Source: an uncultured Lachnospiraceae bacterium
GTDB lineage: Bacteria > Bacillota > Clostridia > Lachnospirales > Lachnospiraceae
DNA length: 56,583 nt
Direction: 5' to 3'
NCBI GenBank assembly: GCA_964470725.1
Contig: CAYYEB010000001.1
Span: forward strand, 1 to 56,583
This document shows, piece by piece, positions 38,113 to 46,328 of this stretch. Each line of letters opens with the position of its first letter. Positions within the stretch are counted from its first letter, which is position 1. The translations under genes were made by a program, and so were the position numbers. The notes under the pieces were generated by a model. It searched no databases. It was given only the letters and a program-made list of their open reading frames with translations, and had not been told where the DNA came from.

Positions 38113-39348
38113 TCAAACTTTCCGATGACAGTCAGTCTGCAGCGGATGTGTCATGAGATAGGTGATGATCCTTACCTCTGTTTCCATTCCTTCCAGAGTG
38201 CAGTGTTCGAAAGGTCCGTGGAATCCGTAGCCGCCTGTTCCGAGGTTCGGACAGGGAAGACCCTTGAAGGAGAGCATAGCTCCGTCTGTTCCGCCGCGAA
38301 CCGGACGGCTGATCGGGTCAAGCCCTGCGGAACGAATCGCGTCCCGGGCCGCTTCGATGACATCCATGTGGTCTTTCATCACTTCAAGCATATTTCTGTA
38401 CTGGTCTTTGATTTCTGCCCGGGCAGTTCCCTTTCCGTACTTTTGATTCATGAAATGCACGGTATCCTGGAGCAGCTGTTTTCTTTTCTCAAAATGATTG
38501 CTGTCATGATCCCGGATGATATAGGAAAGGGATGCTTTTTCACAGCTGCCCGACATATCGGTCAGATAAAAGAATCCCTCCCGCTTTTCCGTGTGTTCCG
38601 GAGTTTCTGCCGCGGGAAGAAGAGACTGAAATTCGCAGGCAATGGCAGCGGCGTTTTTCATGATATTTTTCGCTTCTCCGGGATGTACATTTTTTCCTGT
38701 AAAAGTGATTTTTGCGGAAGCTGCGTTGAAATTTTCGTAGGCGACTTCTCCCTCATAATCTCCGTCCACCGTGAAGCCGTAGTCTGCCCTGCATTTTTCA
38801 AAGGAAAATCCGTCTGCGCCGCGGCCGATCTCTTCATCGGGAGTGAAGACGATGTAGATGTCGCCGTGTGGGGTATCGCTTTTCAGGAGATCTTCGGCAG
38901 CAGTCACGATTTCGGAGACACCAGCTTTGTCATCAGCACCGAGCAGGGATGTTCCGTCGGTGGTTATCAGAGTGCGGCCTTTGAGGCTCAGCAAGTCGGG
39001 AAAGTCTGCTACTGAGAGTATGTCACCGCTTCCCTGAAGCACAACATCATTTCCGTTGTAATTTTTTATAATCTGGGGTTTTACATCCTTTCCATTAAAA
39101 TCCGGAGCCGTGTCCATATGTGAAATAAAAGCTACGGATTTGCAGTTGGCATATTCCAAAGAAGCAGGAATGTGCGCATAGACATAACCGTGATCCAATT
39201 CCACGTCCGGTATGCCGATTCCTTTCAGGTCATCCGCCAACAGATTGGCCAGATTGAGCTGACGGTCCGTGCTGGGGCAGGTGCCGGAAGACTCATCCGA
39301 GGTGGTATAGATGGAAATGTATTTGATAAAACGGTCCAGTAGTGTCAT
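38113..39348 (-). CDS. pepT: Peptidase T (M20)
   Basis: PST..Q, SHMDTAPD, TDGTSLLGADDKAG, FTPDEEIG, VHPG.AK, RGGTDG, PCPNLGTGG..FHG; ATG 39348 follows AGAAAGG. Confidence 0.95.
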   Translation of the reverse strand: MTLLDRFIKYISIYTTSDESSGTCPSTDRQLNLANLLADDLKGIGIPDVELDHGYVYAHIPASLEYANCKSVAFISHMDTAPDFNGKDVKPQIIKNYNGNDVVLQGSGDILSVADFPDLLSLKGRTLITTDGTSLLGADDKAGVSEIVTAAEDLLKSDTPHGDIYIVFTPDEEIGRGADGFSFEKCRADYGFTVDGDYEGEVAYENFNAASAKITFTGKNVHPGEAKNIMKNAAAIACEFQSLLPAAETPEHTEKREGFFYLTDMSGSCEKASLSYIIRDHDSNHFEKRKQLLQDTVHFMNQKYGKGTARAEIKDQYRNMLEVMKDHMDVIEAARDAIRSAGLDPISRPVRGGTDGAMLSFKGLPCPNLGTGGYGFHGPFEHCTLEGMETEVRIITYLMTHPLQTDCHRKV

Positions 39349-39474
39349 AAAAATTGCCTTTCTATTTATAATTGCCTTTCTATTGTTTTGAAAAAATTTC
39401 CATATGCTCATCATACACACTGCAGGCGTGAACGGCAATGAGGATGTCGTTACTGTTGAGACATAACTCCAGGT

Positions 39475-39500
39475 GCGGGCCTCAAATCATGACCTGTATA
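39475..39500 (-). repeat. Truncated remnant of repeat family A (terminal arm only)
   Basis: gcgggcctcaaatcatgacctgt vs gcgggtctcaactcatgacctgt at 40290 (21/23 identical). Confidence 0.6.
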
Positions 39501-39683
39501 TCGTAGGAGTGAACAGAAACAGGATGTCCGGTCAATTTGTAAAATGTGCTCTCCGGGTGGAATCATCAAGAGCAAAATGATAAGATAAGAAACAACCGGC
39601 AGATATGACGGGATTCTTTTTATAGAAGTATCCGGGACATGAGGGAGGAACTTCATGTCCTTTCAGAAGGGAGAAATTTTACA

Positions 39684-40265
39684 ATGAAGGTATTGATGTT
39701 AAACGGAAGCCGCAGAGAAAACGGATGCACATATACGGCGCTCAGCATTATCGCAGAGAGTCTGAAAGAGGAGGGCATTGAATCGGAAATTGTTCATGTC
39801 GGAAAGGATGCCGTCAATGGAAATATCAATGAACTGATCAGGTCCTTAAAAGGAAAATGTGCTGAGGCGGATGGATTTGTCTTCGGGTCTCCGGTTTATT
39901 ATGCGTCTCCATCGGGGGAAATAGAAGTCGTTCTGGATCGTCTCTTCGGAAGCGCGGGAAAAGAGATGAGATGCAAGCCGGCGGCCGTGGTGACCTCTGC
40001 AAGACGTGCCGGAACAACAGCATCTCTTGACGCATTGGCAAAATACCCTGCGTATAATGAGATGCCGCTTGTCTCATCAAGTTACTGGCCGATGGTTCAC
40101 GGCAATAAGCCGGAAGATGTACGTAAGGATGAAGAGGGTGTCGGCGTTTTGAAACAGCTCGGCAAGAATATGGCCTGGATCTTAAAGTGCATTGCCGCAG
40201 GAAAGGAAAAAGGAATTACGGCACCGGCGGAGGCGGATTATCCGGGAACGAACTTTATTCGATAA
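39684..40265 (+). CDS. Flavodoxin-fold NAD(P)H-dependent FMN reductase-like protein
   Basis: MKVLMLNGSRRENGCT, ADGFVFGSPVYYAS, SARRAGTT, SSSYWPMVHG; ATG 39684 follows AAGGGAG. Confidence 0.88.
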   Translation: MKVLMLNGSRRENGCTYTALSIIAESLKEEGIESEIVHVGKDAVNGNINELIRSLKGKCAEADGFVFGSPVYYASPSGEIEVVLDRLFGSAGKEMRCKPAAVVTSARRAGTTASLDALAKYPAYNEMPLVSSSYWPMVHGNKPEDVRKDEEGVGVLKQLGKNMAWILKCIAAGKEKGITAPAEADYPGTNFIR

Positions 40266-40289
40266 TCCATGTGAATTAGTACAATGGTA

Positions 40290-40445
40290 GCGGGTCTCAA
40301 CTCATGACCTGTTGTTCCGGGACGCTCCCGCTCGCTCGTTCTCGCAGCGGTCCTAAATTCATGCTGCGCCTAACGGCTTGCATTCATTAATGACCGGCGT
40401 CACTCGGACGCCCGGAACAATCAGGCTATGAGTTGAGACCCCTGT
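40290..40445 (-). repeat. Repeat family A, copy 3 (inverted)
   Basis: Reverse complement matches 112..266; terminal stem gggtctcaactcat / atgagttgagaccc. Confidence 0.9.
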
Positions 40446-40474
40446 ATAACAATGAAATAGAAAAGGAATAGAAA

Positions 40475-41524
40475 ATGCAAAATATTACACTTGGAACAAC
40501 CGGAATTACGGTTCCGCAGAACGGTTTCGGTGCGCTGCCGATTCAAAGGGACAGCGAGAAAGTGGCGGTAGATCTTTTAAGGAAGGCCTACGATGGAGGA
40601 ATCCGCTACTTTGATACCGCAAGAGCGTACAGTGACTCAGAACATAAAATCGGTATCGCTTTCGGGCAGCCGGGCGGACTTTTTGAGACGGCAAGGGACA
40701 GGATTTACATTGCCACCAAAACGCACGCGACGACACCGGAGGGCTTCTGGAAGGATCTGGAGACGTCACTTCAGGAGATGCACTGCGGCTATATCGACGT
40801 TTACCAGTTCCATCAGATGGAGGTCTGCTGGAAACCGGGAGACGGAAGCGGCATGTATGAATGTATGCTGGAGGCAAAAAAACAGGGCAAGATCAGACAC
40901 ATCGGAGCGACAACCCACAAGATCGGCGTCGCGAACGATGTGGCGGACAGCGGACTCTATGAGACGCTGCAATATCCCTTCAGCTATCTGGCGACTGAGA
41001 AAGAACTGGAACTCTATGAAAAACTTAAGAAAAACCATATGGGATTTATCTGCATGAAGGGTCTGGCAGGAGGGCTGATTAACCACTCCGACGCAGCTAT
41101 GGCGTTTATGTCTCAGTATGACAACGCGCTTCCGATCTGGGGAATTCAAAGGGAAAAAGAGCTCAATGAATGGCTTTCCTATATGGATGAAACGCCGTCC
41201 ATGACGCCGGAAATTGCAGCATATATTGAAAAGGAAAAGAAAGAACTTTCCGGCAACTTCTGCCGTGGCTGCGGCTACTGCATGCCGTGCACGGTAGGAA
41301 TTACGATCAATCAGTGCAACAGAATGAGCCTTATGCTGCGGCGTGCTCCCTCAAAGAGCTGGCTGACACCGCACTGGCAGGAAGAAATGGCGAAAATCGA
41401 TAACTGTGTCAACTGCCGTATCTGCACGACCCGATGTCCATATGAGCTGGACATTCCGAAACTTCTGAAGGAAAATCTGGAAGATTATCGGAATGTATTA
41501 TCTGGAAAGGTTTCTGTACAATAA
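40475..41524 (+). CDS. Aldo/keto reductase with C-terminal 4Fe-4S dicluster domain
   Basis: GFGALPIQR, FDTARAY, IATKT, YQFH, MKGLAGG; CRGCGYCMPC and CVNCRICTTRCP. Confidence 0.92.
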   Translation: MQNITLGTTGITVPQNGFGALPIQRDSEKVAVDLLRKAYDGGIRYFDTARAYSDSEHKIGIAFGQPGGLFETARDRIYIATKTHATTPEGFWKDLETSLQEMHCGYIDVYQFHQMEVCWKPGDGSGMYECMLEAKKQGKIRHIGATTHKIGVANDVADSGLYETLQYPFSYLATEKELELYEKLKKNHMGFICMKGLAGGLINHSDAAMAFMSQYDNALPIWGIQREKELNEWLSYMDETPSMTPEIAAYIEKEKKELSGNFCRGCGYCMPCTVGITINQCNRMSLMLRRAPSKSWLTPHWQEEMAKIDNCVNCRICTTRCPYELDIPKLLKENLEDYRNVLSGKVSVQ

Positions 41525-41539
41525 AAAAGAAGTATATTT

Positions 41540-41620
41540 ATGTTCGTCGGCAAAACATATCCCCTGGCCCTCAAAATCGTTTTGGATTCGGGTCCAGGGG
41601 ATAGTTTTGTCCGACTCACA
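41540..41620 (+). repeat. Repeat family C copy
   Basis: gtcggcaaaacatatcccctggccc-tcaaaatcgttttgga-ttcgggtccaggggatagttttgtccgac. Confidence 0.88.
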
Positions 41621-41660
41621 TTTCCAAATGCATTTTTGGGAGAAGATACAAGATTCCGAT

Positions 41661-42800
41661 TCAGAACTTCCAGTCCCCGAATACGTCTTCCGCAATATCC
41701 TTCACGAGCTTCAGCTTCTTCCACTCGTCATCTTCTGTCAGCTTGTTGCCGATCTCAGTGGAGGCAAAGCCGCACTGCGGACTTAAGGCGAGCCGATCAA
41801 GCGGAATGATTTCGGATGCTTCTTTCAGTCTTGACCTGACGATTTCCGGATCCTCAAGAGCAGGTGATTTTGTGGTGACAAGTCCGAGGACGACGATCTT
41901 ATCTTCCGGAACAAAGGCGAGAGGTTTAAAGGAACCGTCTCTCTTCGGATCATCAAATTCCAGGAAAAATGCGTGGACATGCTCCTTGGCAAAGACATAT
42001 TCCGCGACACTGTCATAGGCACCGCTTGAAAAATAGGTGGAATGATAGTTGCCGCGGCAGATATGCGTATTGATAATGAGGTCCTTCGGCGCTGCGTCGA
42101 TGACCCGATTGTTGATATCAATGAGAAGATCCATGTAGCGCGGAAGGTCTTCTGCACTCTTTCCGGTCAGTCTTGTGGCCATCTGCGGATTGACAAATCC
42201 TCCCCACGTGCAGTCATCAAACTGAAGATTCCGGCAGCCGGCTGCATAGATTTCACGGATAAATTCGTTGTATCCTTCGACAACGTCATCGGCAAAGGCT
42301 TCCAATGTCGGATAGTAGTGCAGTGTATTTTCCAGTTCCTGAGAACCGGTGAACTGCGCGTAAAACTGTCCCGGAGCAGGAATGGTCTGCTTTGCAACGG
42401 TATTTTCATCCTCGTAAGACTGTACAAATTTGAAATGTTCAACAAATGGGTGATTCCTGACAGAAATCTTTCCGGAGATGTGTACGTCATCTATTTTCGC
42501 AACCTCACCTTCGAAAGTGGAATTGCCGTTTTTGATCTCATGCTCCACGCCGTTCCAGTCCCACATGAAATCCAGATGCCAGGTGGCGCGGCGGAATTCT
42601 CCATCAGTCAGTGTATGATAACCTGCCTTCTTCTGCTTGGAGACAAGATCGCGAATGGCCTCGTCCTCGACCTGCTTCAATTCATCTGCGGAAATCTTTC
42701 CCTGTTCAAAGCTTCTTCTTGCATCCTTAAGAGACTGCGGACGCAGAAAGCTTCCTACGAAATCGTAACGAAATGGTGTCTGAAGTTTCTTTTCTGACAT
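41661..42800 (-). CDS. Cobalamin-independent methionine synthase II family protein (single-barrel MetE C-terminal-like)
   Basis: VGSFLRP, TDGEFRR..WH.DF, LQFDD, HICRGN, FLEFD, LGLVTTK, LSPQCGFAS zinc-binding motifs. Confidence 0.9.
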   Translation of the reverse strand: MSEKKLQTPFRYDFVGSFLRPQSLKDARRSFEQGKISADELKQVEDEAIRDLVSKQKKAGYHTLTDGEFRRATWHLDFMWDWNGVEHEIKNGNSTFEGEVAKIDDVHISGKISVRNHPFVEHFKFVQSYEDENTVAKQTIPAPGQFYAQFTGSQELENTLHYYPTLEAFADDVVEGYNEFIREIYAAGCRNLQFDDCTWGGFVNPQMATRLTGKSAEDLPRYMDLLIDINNRVIDAAPKDLIINTHICRGNYHSTYFSSGAYDSVAEYVFAKEHVHAFFLEFDDPKRDGSFKPLAFVPEDKIVVLGLVTTKSPALEDPEIVRSRLKEASEIIPLDRLALSPQCGFASTEIGNKLTEDDEWKKLKLVKDIAEDVFGDWKF

Positions 42801-42895
42801 AACTTGCCCTCTTTTCTCTTTCTTCTATCGATAAGTACCTCTAACTATACTTCCAACGACAGGAATTTGTATAATTGCTATTTCCAATTGACTGA

Positions 42896-42912
42896 TATAA
42901 GTAAAACCTATA
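42896..42912 (-). promoter_or_regulatory. Putative LysR-type (MetR/MtaR-like) operator upstream of the metE-like gene
   Basis: TATAGGTTTTACTTATA (minus strand) resembles the TATAG-N7-CTATA box; centred ~55 bp upstream of a TATAGT -10 at 42844..42849. Confidence 0.5.
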
Positions 42913-42977
42913 GCTGAATGACAGATGGATTCACAAGAAAAAATATGATAAAGTAAAGCGAAAACATTGTACATACG

Positions 42978-43059
42978 AATGTGAGCTGGAAAAACTACCC
43001 CCTGGACGCGAATCGAAAACGCTTTTGAGCGTCGGGGGATATGTTTTGACAGCGAACAT
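42978..43059 (-). repeat. Repeat family C copy (inverted)
   Basis: Reverse complement atgttcgctgtcaaaacatatcccccgacgctcaaaagcgttttcgattcgcgtccagggggtagtttttccagctcacatt matches 41540..41620. Confidence 0.85.
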
Positions 43060-43120
43060 GACTGTTAGCATATGCTTGCTTTCTTGAGCTGGCGGCCACC
43101 ACCATTACAGGGAGGATTTT

Positions 43121-43969
43121 GTGAAACAGAAGTATTTGTTTTTTGATATAGACGGAACCCTTGTGAATTTTGAAACCAGGATGCCGGAGTCGGCAAAAGC
43201 TGCGCTCAGGAAGGCGCAGAAGAACGGACATAAGATCTTTTTGTGTACGGGACGCGGAAAGGCGCAGATTTATCCGTTCCTTTTGAATTTCGGCTTTGAC
43301 GGTATCATTGCGGGAGCCGGGGCGTATATTGAGTACAAACATAAAGTACTTTCCCACCGAAAGTTCGGGAAGGAACGCCTTGAGAAGATCATAGATTTAT
43401 TTACGGAATATAACATCACGGCCATGCTGCAGATGACGGAAGGGTGCGTGATGACGCGGCGCGGAATGATGCGTTTCGTCCGAAGTCTCGGGTATCCGGT
43501 GCGTGATGATCAGTTCGAAGAGACCAGAACAATTATCGAAAAATCTCTGGGAAATGTGATTCTGGACGATGAGGTAAAGCGTTTTCCTGAGAAATATCAG
43601 AATACGGAAAACCTTCTCTACACGAATTCTCCGCTTTCCTATGAAGAGATTCAGAATAAAGTCGGTGCAGATCTTAAGGTTATGCCGCCGTCTTTTAGCA
43701 AACCGAAACCGGATCAGGGAGAAATCACGATCAGCAATGTATCAAAATCCGGTGCAATAGCGCTGACGGCGGAACTCATCGGAGCGGACCTGAAGGATAC
43801 AATCGCGTTTGGCGACGGCGCCAATGATGTGGGAATGCTGAAATCCGCAGGAGTGGGAGTTGCCATGGGCAATGCAATTCCGAAGGCAAAGAAGGCAGCG
43901 GATTTTGTGACAAAAGATATTGACGACGATGGAATCAGGTACGCACTTGAGAAACTGGAACTTATCTGA
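43121..43969 (+). CDS. Cof-type HAD-IIB hydrolase
   Basis: FFDIDGTL, CTGR, SKS, AFGDGANDVGML, GVAMGNA; GTG start after GGGAGG. Confidence 0.93.
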   Translation: MKQKYLFFDIDGTLVNFETRMPESAKAALRKAQKNGHKIFLCTGRGKAQIYPFLLNFGFDGIIAGAGAYIEYKHKVLSHRKFGKERLEKIIDLFTEYNITAMLQMTEGCVMTRRGMMRFVRSLGYPVRDDQFEETRTIIEKSLGNVILDDEVKRFPEKYQNTENLLYTNSPLSYEEIQNKVGADLKVMPPSFSKPKPDQGEITISNVSKSGAIALTAELIGADLKDTIAFGDGANDVGMLKSAGVGVAMGNAIPKAKKAADFVTKDIDDDGIRYALEKLELI

Positions 43970-44015
43970 TGAGGTGGAGCACCCGCCAGAATGAGGCAAT
44001 TATGGGAGAAAAGAA

Positions 44016-44234
44016 ATGTTTACAGAAGAAGATGTCAGTGAATTAAATAAAAGACTCACGCGGGACGGAATCGATTTTCAGGTTTCCCTTTCCGATGGCG
44101 GCAATTCCATCAGCGTGGAACGTCTGGAATTTGGCGGCTGCGAGGACCAGGATGGGGCACTTCGGTCTGTCATCAACGGATATTTCCGAAGTATCGGAAG
44201 AGATGTGAATTTTTCCGAAGGGAAAATCCGATGA
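44016..44234 (+). CDS. Small hypothetical protein
   Basis: 72 aa, GGGAG SD, fills the gap between the HAD gene and jetA, globular-looking composition. Confidence 0.65.
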   Translation: MFTEEDVSELNKRLTRDGIDFQVSLSDGGNSISVERLEFGGCEDQDGALRSVINGYFRSIGRDVNFSEGKIR

Positions 44235-44326
44235 GGAAATCATTTGGTAAGCAGAGTATGCTTTTGCCGTGAAAATCTTTATCAATTTACATTCATGCCC
44301 AATAAAGGAAATGAGTACATAGAACT

Positions 44327-45712
44327 ATGCCCCATCTTTTTAATGTAGTGCCGGAAAACTTTTTCAGTGTTCTGGCGTCACCGGGAAAAATTGCATACTG
44401 GGACTGCATCCTGCGGATTTTCGATATTACGTCAAGTCAGCTTTCATTCGGAGTGGAACGGGATGTGCTTGTTGACGATCTCGAATATTACTTCAGCAGT
44501 TCAATGTCGGCGGACCTGGAGGAGGAAGATGCCGGGTCGCTGTCACCACGGGATAAGGCGAACTTTATGCTGCGCCGGCTTGAGGGGTGCGGCTGGATTT
44601 CGGTAGATGTGGATCACAGCTATGTGCAGAGAGTGAATTTTCGTGATTATGCCATTGATATCATTAAGACACTCCGCGGAATTTCGGAAGGGAAAAAGAC
44701 AGAATATCAGGGCTATATTTACACGATTTATAATCTCTGTCGTGCGAAGGATCTGGCGGGTGTCGGCCTTCTGGAAATTGTGAAAAATACGGATGCTCTG
44801 ATCACATCTTTGAAGAGCCTCAGTGCCAATATCAAAAATTATATTGATGATCTGACAAAGCACAGCTCGGTCGCGGAAATTCTGGATGCGCTTTTAAATG
44901 ACTATTATACGAACGTTGTGGATAAGGCTTACCATCGCCTTCTGACGTCGGATAATGTGTCCAAGTTTCGGCCTGTGATCGTGGAAACGCTGGAACGATA
45001 CAGCAGAAGTCCGAAGTTCCTTGAACGCGCCTCGGCTGAAGTTGCCCAGATCAGAGAACTTTCCGTGGAAGAGGCGAAGGAACAGGTTCTGACCATGCTG
45101 CATGAGGTGGTCAACGCCTTCGGGCAGATGGATGAGATTCTTGATGAGATCAATCAGAAGAACACAAAATATCAGCGGGCGGCAATCAATCGTGCGAAAT
45201 TTCTTCTGACCAGCAGTGATGACACACGCGGCCAGCTTCGGAATATCCTGTCCGGCCTCAATGAGATAATTCAGGAACAGAACCTGAATTTCAATGGTAT
45301 TTACGACCTTGAAATGACAGATCAGCTGATTCGGATCTTCTCCTGGTCTTATCTCGACAGCAGTTCTCTCTATGCGCCAATCGAGGGAAAGAAGGAATTT
45401 CATCCTTCATCTCTTCAAGTGACGGAAATTGATGAGAAAACCAGACTTCGCAAGCGCGAGCAGATGAGGAAAAAGATGGAGCGGATTCTGACTCCGGATA
45501 AAATCGGAGCCTATGTGATTTCCTCCCTGGGAGATAAGAAAGAAATGTCGGCTTCTGAAATGGTCAGTGATGAGGAGTCCTTTATCAAACTGATCTATGT
45601 GCGGCTCTATGGACAACGGAAGCATATGCCATATAGAATAGCACTTTCGGATGATGAAATTGAGGTGCACGGATTTCGTTTCCGGGATTTTCAGATCATA
45701 AGGAGGACGTAA
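44327..45712 (+). CDS. jetA: Wadjet kleisin subunit JetA
   Basis: LF..VPENFFSVLAS N-terminus, LRRLEGCGWI winged helix, long helical region; first gene of a four-gene SMC operon. Confidence 0.82.
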   Translation: MPHLFNVVPENFFSVLASPGKIAYWDCILRIFDITSSQLSFGVERDVLVDDLEYYFSSSMSADLEEEDAGSLSPRDKANFMLRRLEGCGWISVDVDHSYVQRVNFRDYAIDIIKTLRGISEGKKTEYQGYIYTIYNLCRAKDLAGVGLLEIVKNTDALITSLKSLSANIKNYIDDLTKHSSVAEILDALLNDYYTNVVDKAYHRLLTSDNVSKFRPVIVETLERYSRSPKFLERASAEVAQIRELSVEEAKEQVLTMLHEVVNAFGQMDEILDEINQKNTKYQRAAINRAKFLLTSSDDTRGQLRNILSGLNEIIQEQNLNFNGIYDLEMTDQLIRIFSWSYLDSSSLYAPIEGKKEFHPSSLQVTEIDEKTRLRKREQMRKKMERILTPDKIGAYVISSLGDKKEMSASEMVSDEESFIKLIYVRLYGQRKHMPYRIALSDDEIEVHGFRFRDFQIIRRT

Positions 45713-45713
45713 A

Positions 45714-46328
45714 TTGGATTTATTTGACGGTATGCTGCAGCGCGATATCGATGAATTTAAACGTGTCTGCAATAAACTGATGGGAATTTGCTTTATTGTC
45801 CGGAAAAATGAACAGACGAAGAAAGATTACTATTTTATTCAAAGACATCAGAAGGTCTTTGAGGAATATCTCGGGGTACTCGGATATGATCTGGAAATCA
45901 ATGATGAATATGGAGTGATCCAGCTGATCAACAGAGAAAACTACAATCATGTGCATTTAAAACTCAATGATTCGATTGTGCTTCTGATCCTGAGAATTCT
46001 GTATGATGAAAAGAAGAGGGAGCTTTCCGTCACGGATGTCGTTGTCAATATCGGAGATATCCAGGAACGATTCCTGAGTCTTAAAATCCGCGACAAGCAG
46101 ATGGATAAGACGGCTCTCAACAATTCACTGCGTGTTCTGCGCAGATATAATCTCATTGAACTTTTGGATAAAAATCTGACAGAAGAGGATGCAAGAATTC
46201 TGATTTATGATTCTATTCTCATGGCTGTGCGGGTAGACGATATCCGACGTGTATCGGAAATGGTAGATAAGTATCGGAAGGGAGGGCATGAAACCGATGA
46301 AGAGACTGCAGAAGATCCGGCTGATTAA
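45714..46328 (+). CDS. jetB: Wadjet KITE subunit JetB (DUF4194-like)
   Basis: 204 aa, YL..LGYDL, SIVLLILRILYDEK tandem winged-helix pattern; TTG start after AGGAGG. Confidence 0.82.
   Translation: MDLFDGMLQRDIDEFKRVCNKLMGICFIVRKNEQTKKDYYFIQRHQKVFEEYLGVLGYDLEINDEYGVIQLINRENYNHVHLKLNDSIVLLILRILYDEKKRELSVTDVVVNIGDIQERFLSLKIRDKQMDKTALNNSLRVLRRYNLIELLDKNLTEEDARILIYDSILMAVRVDDIRRVSEMVDKYRKGGHETDEETAEDPAD

Noticed and set aside
31743-38500. Long antisense ORFs over purB/purA (325 aa) and pepT (296 aa)
   Set aside because: Opposite well-conserved housekeeping genes; codon-bias shadows
42801-42960. SAM riboswitch or T-box upstream of the metE-like gene
   Set aside because: No S-box or T-box consensus; leader is short and AT-rich; a LysR-type box fits better
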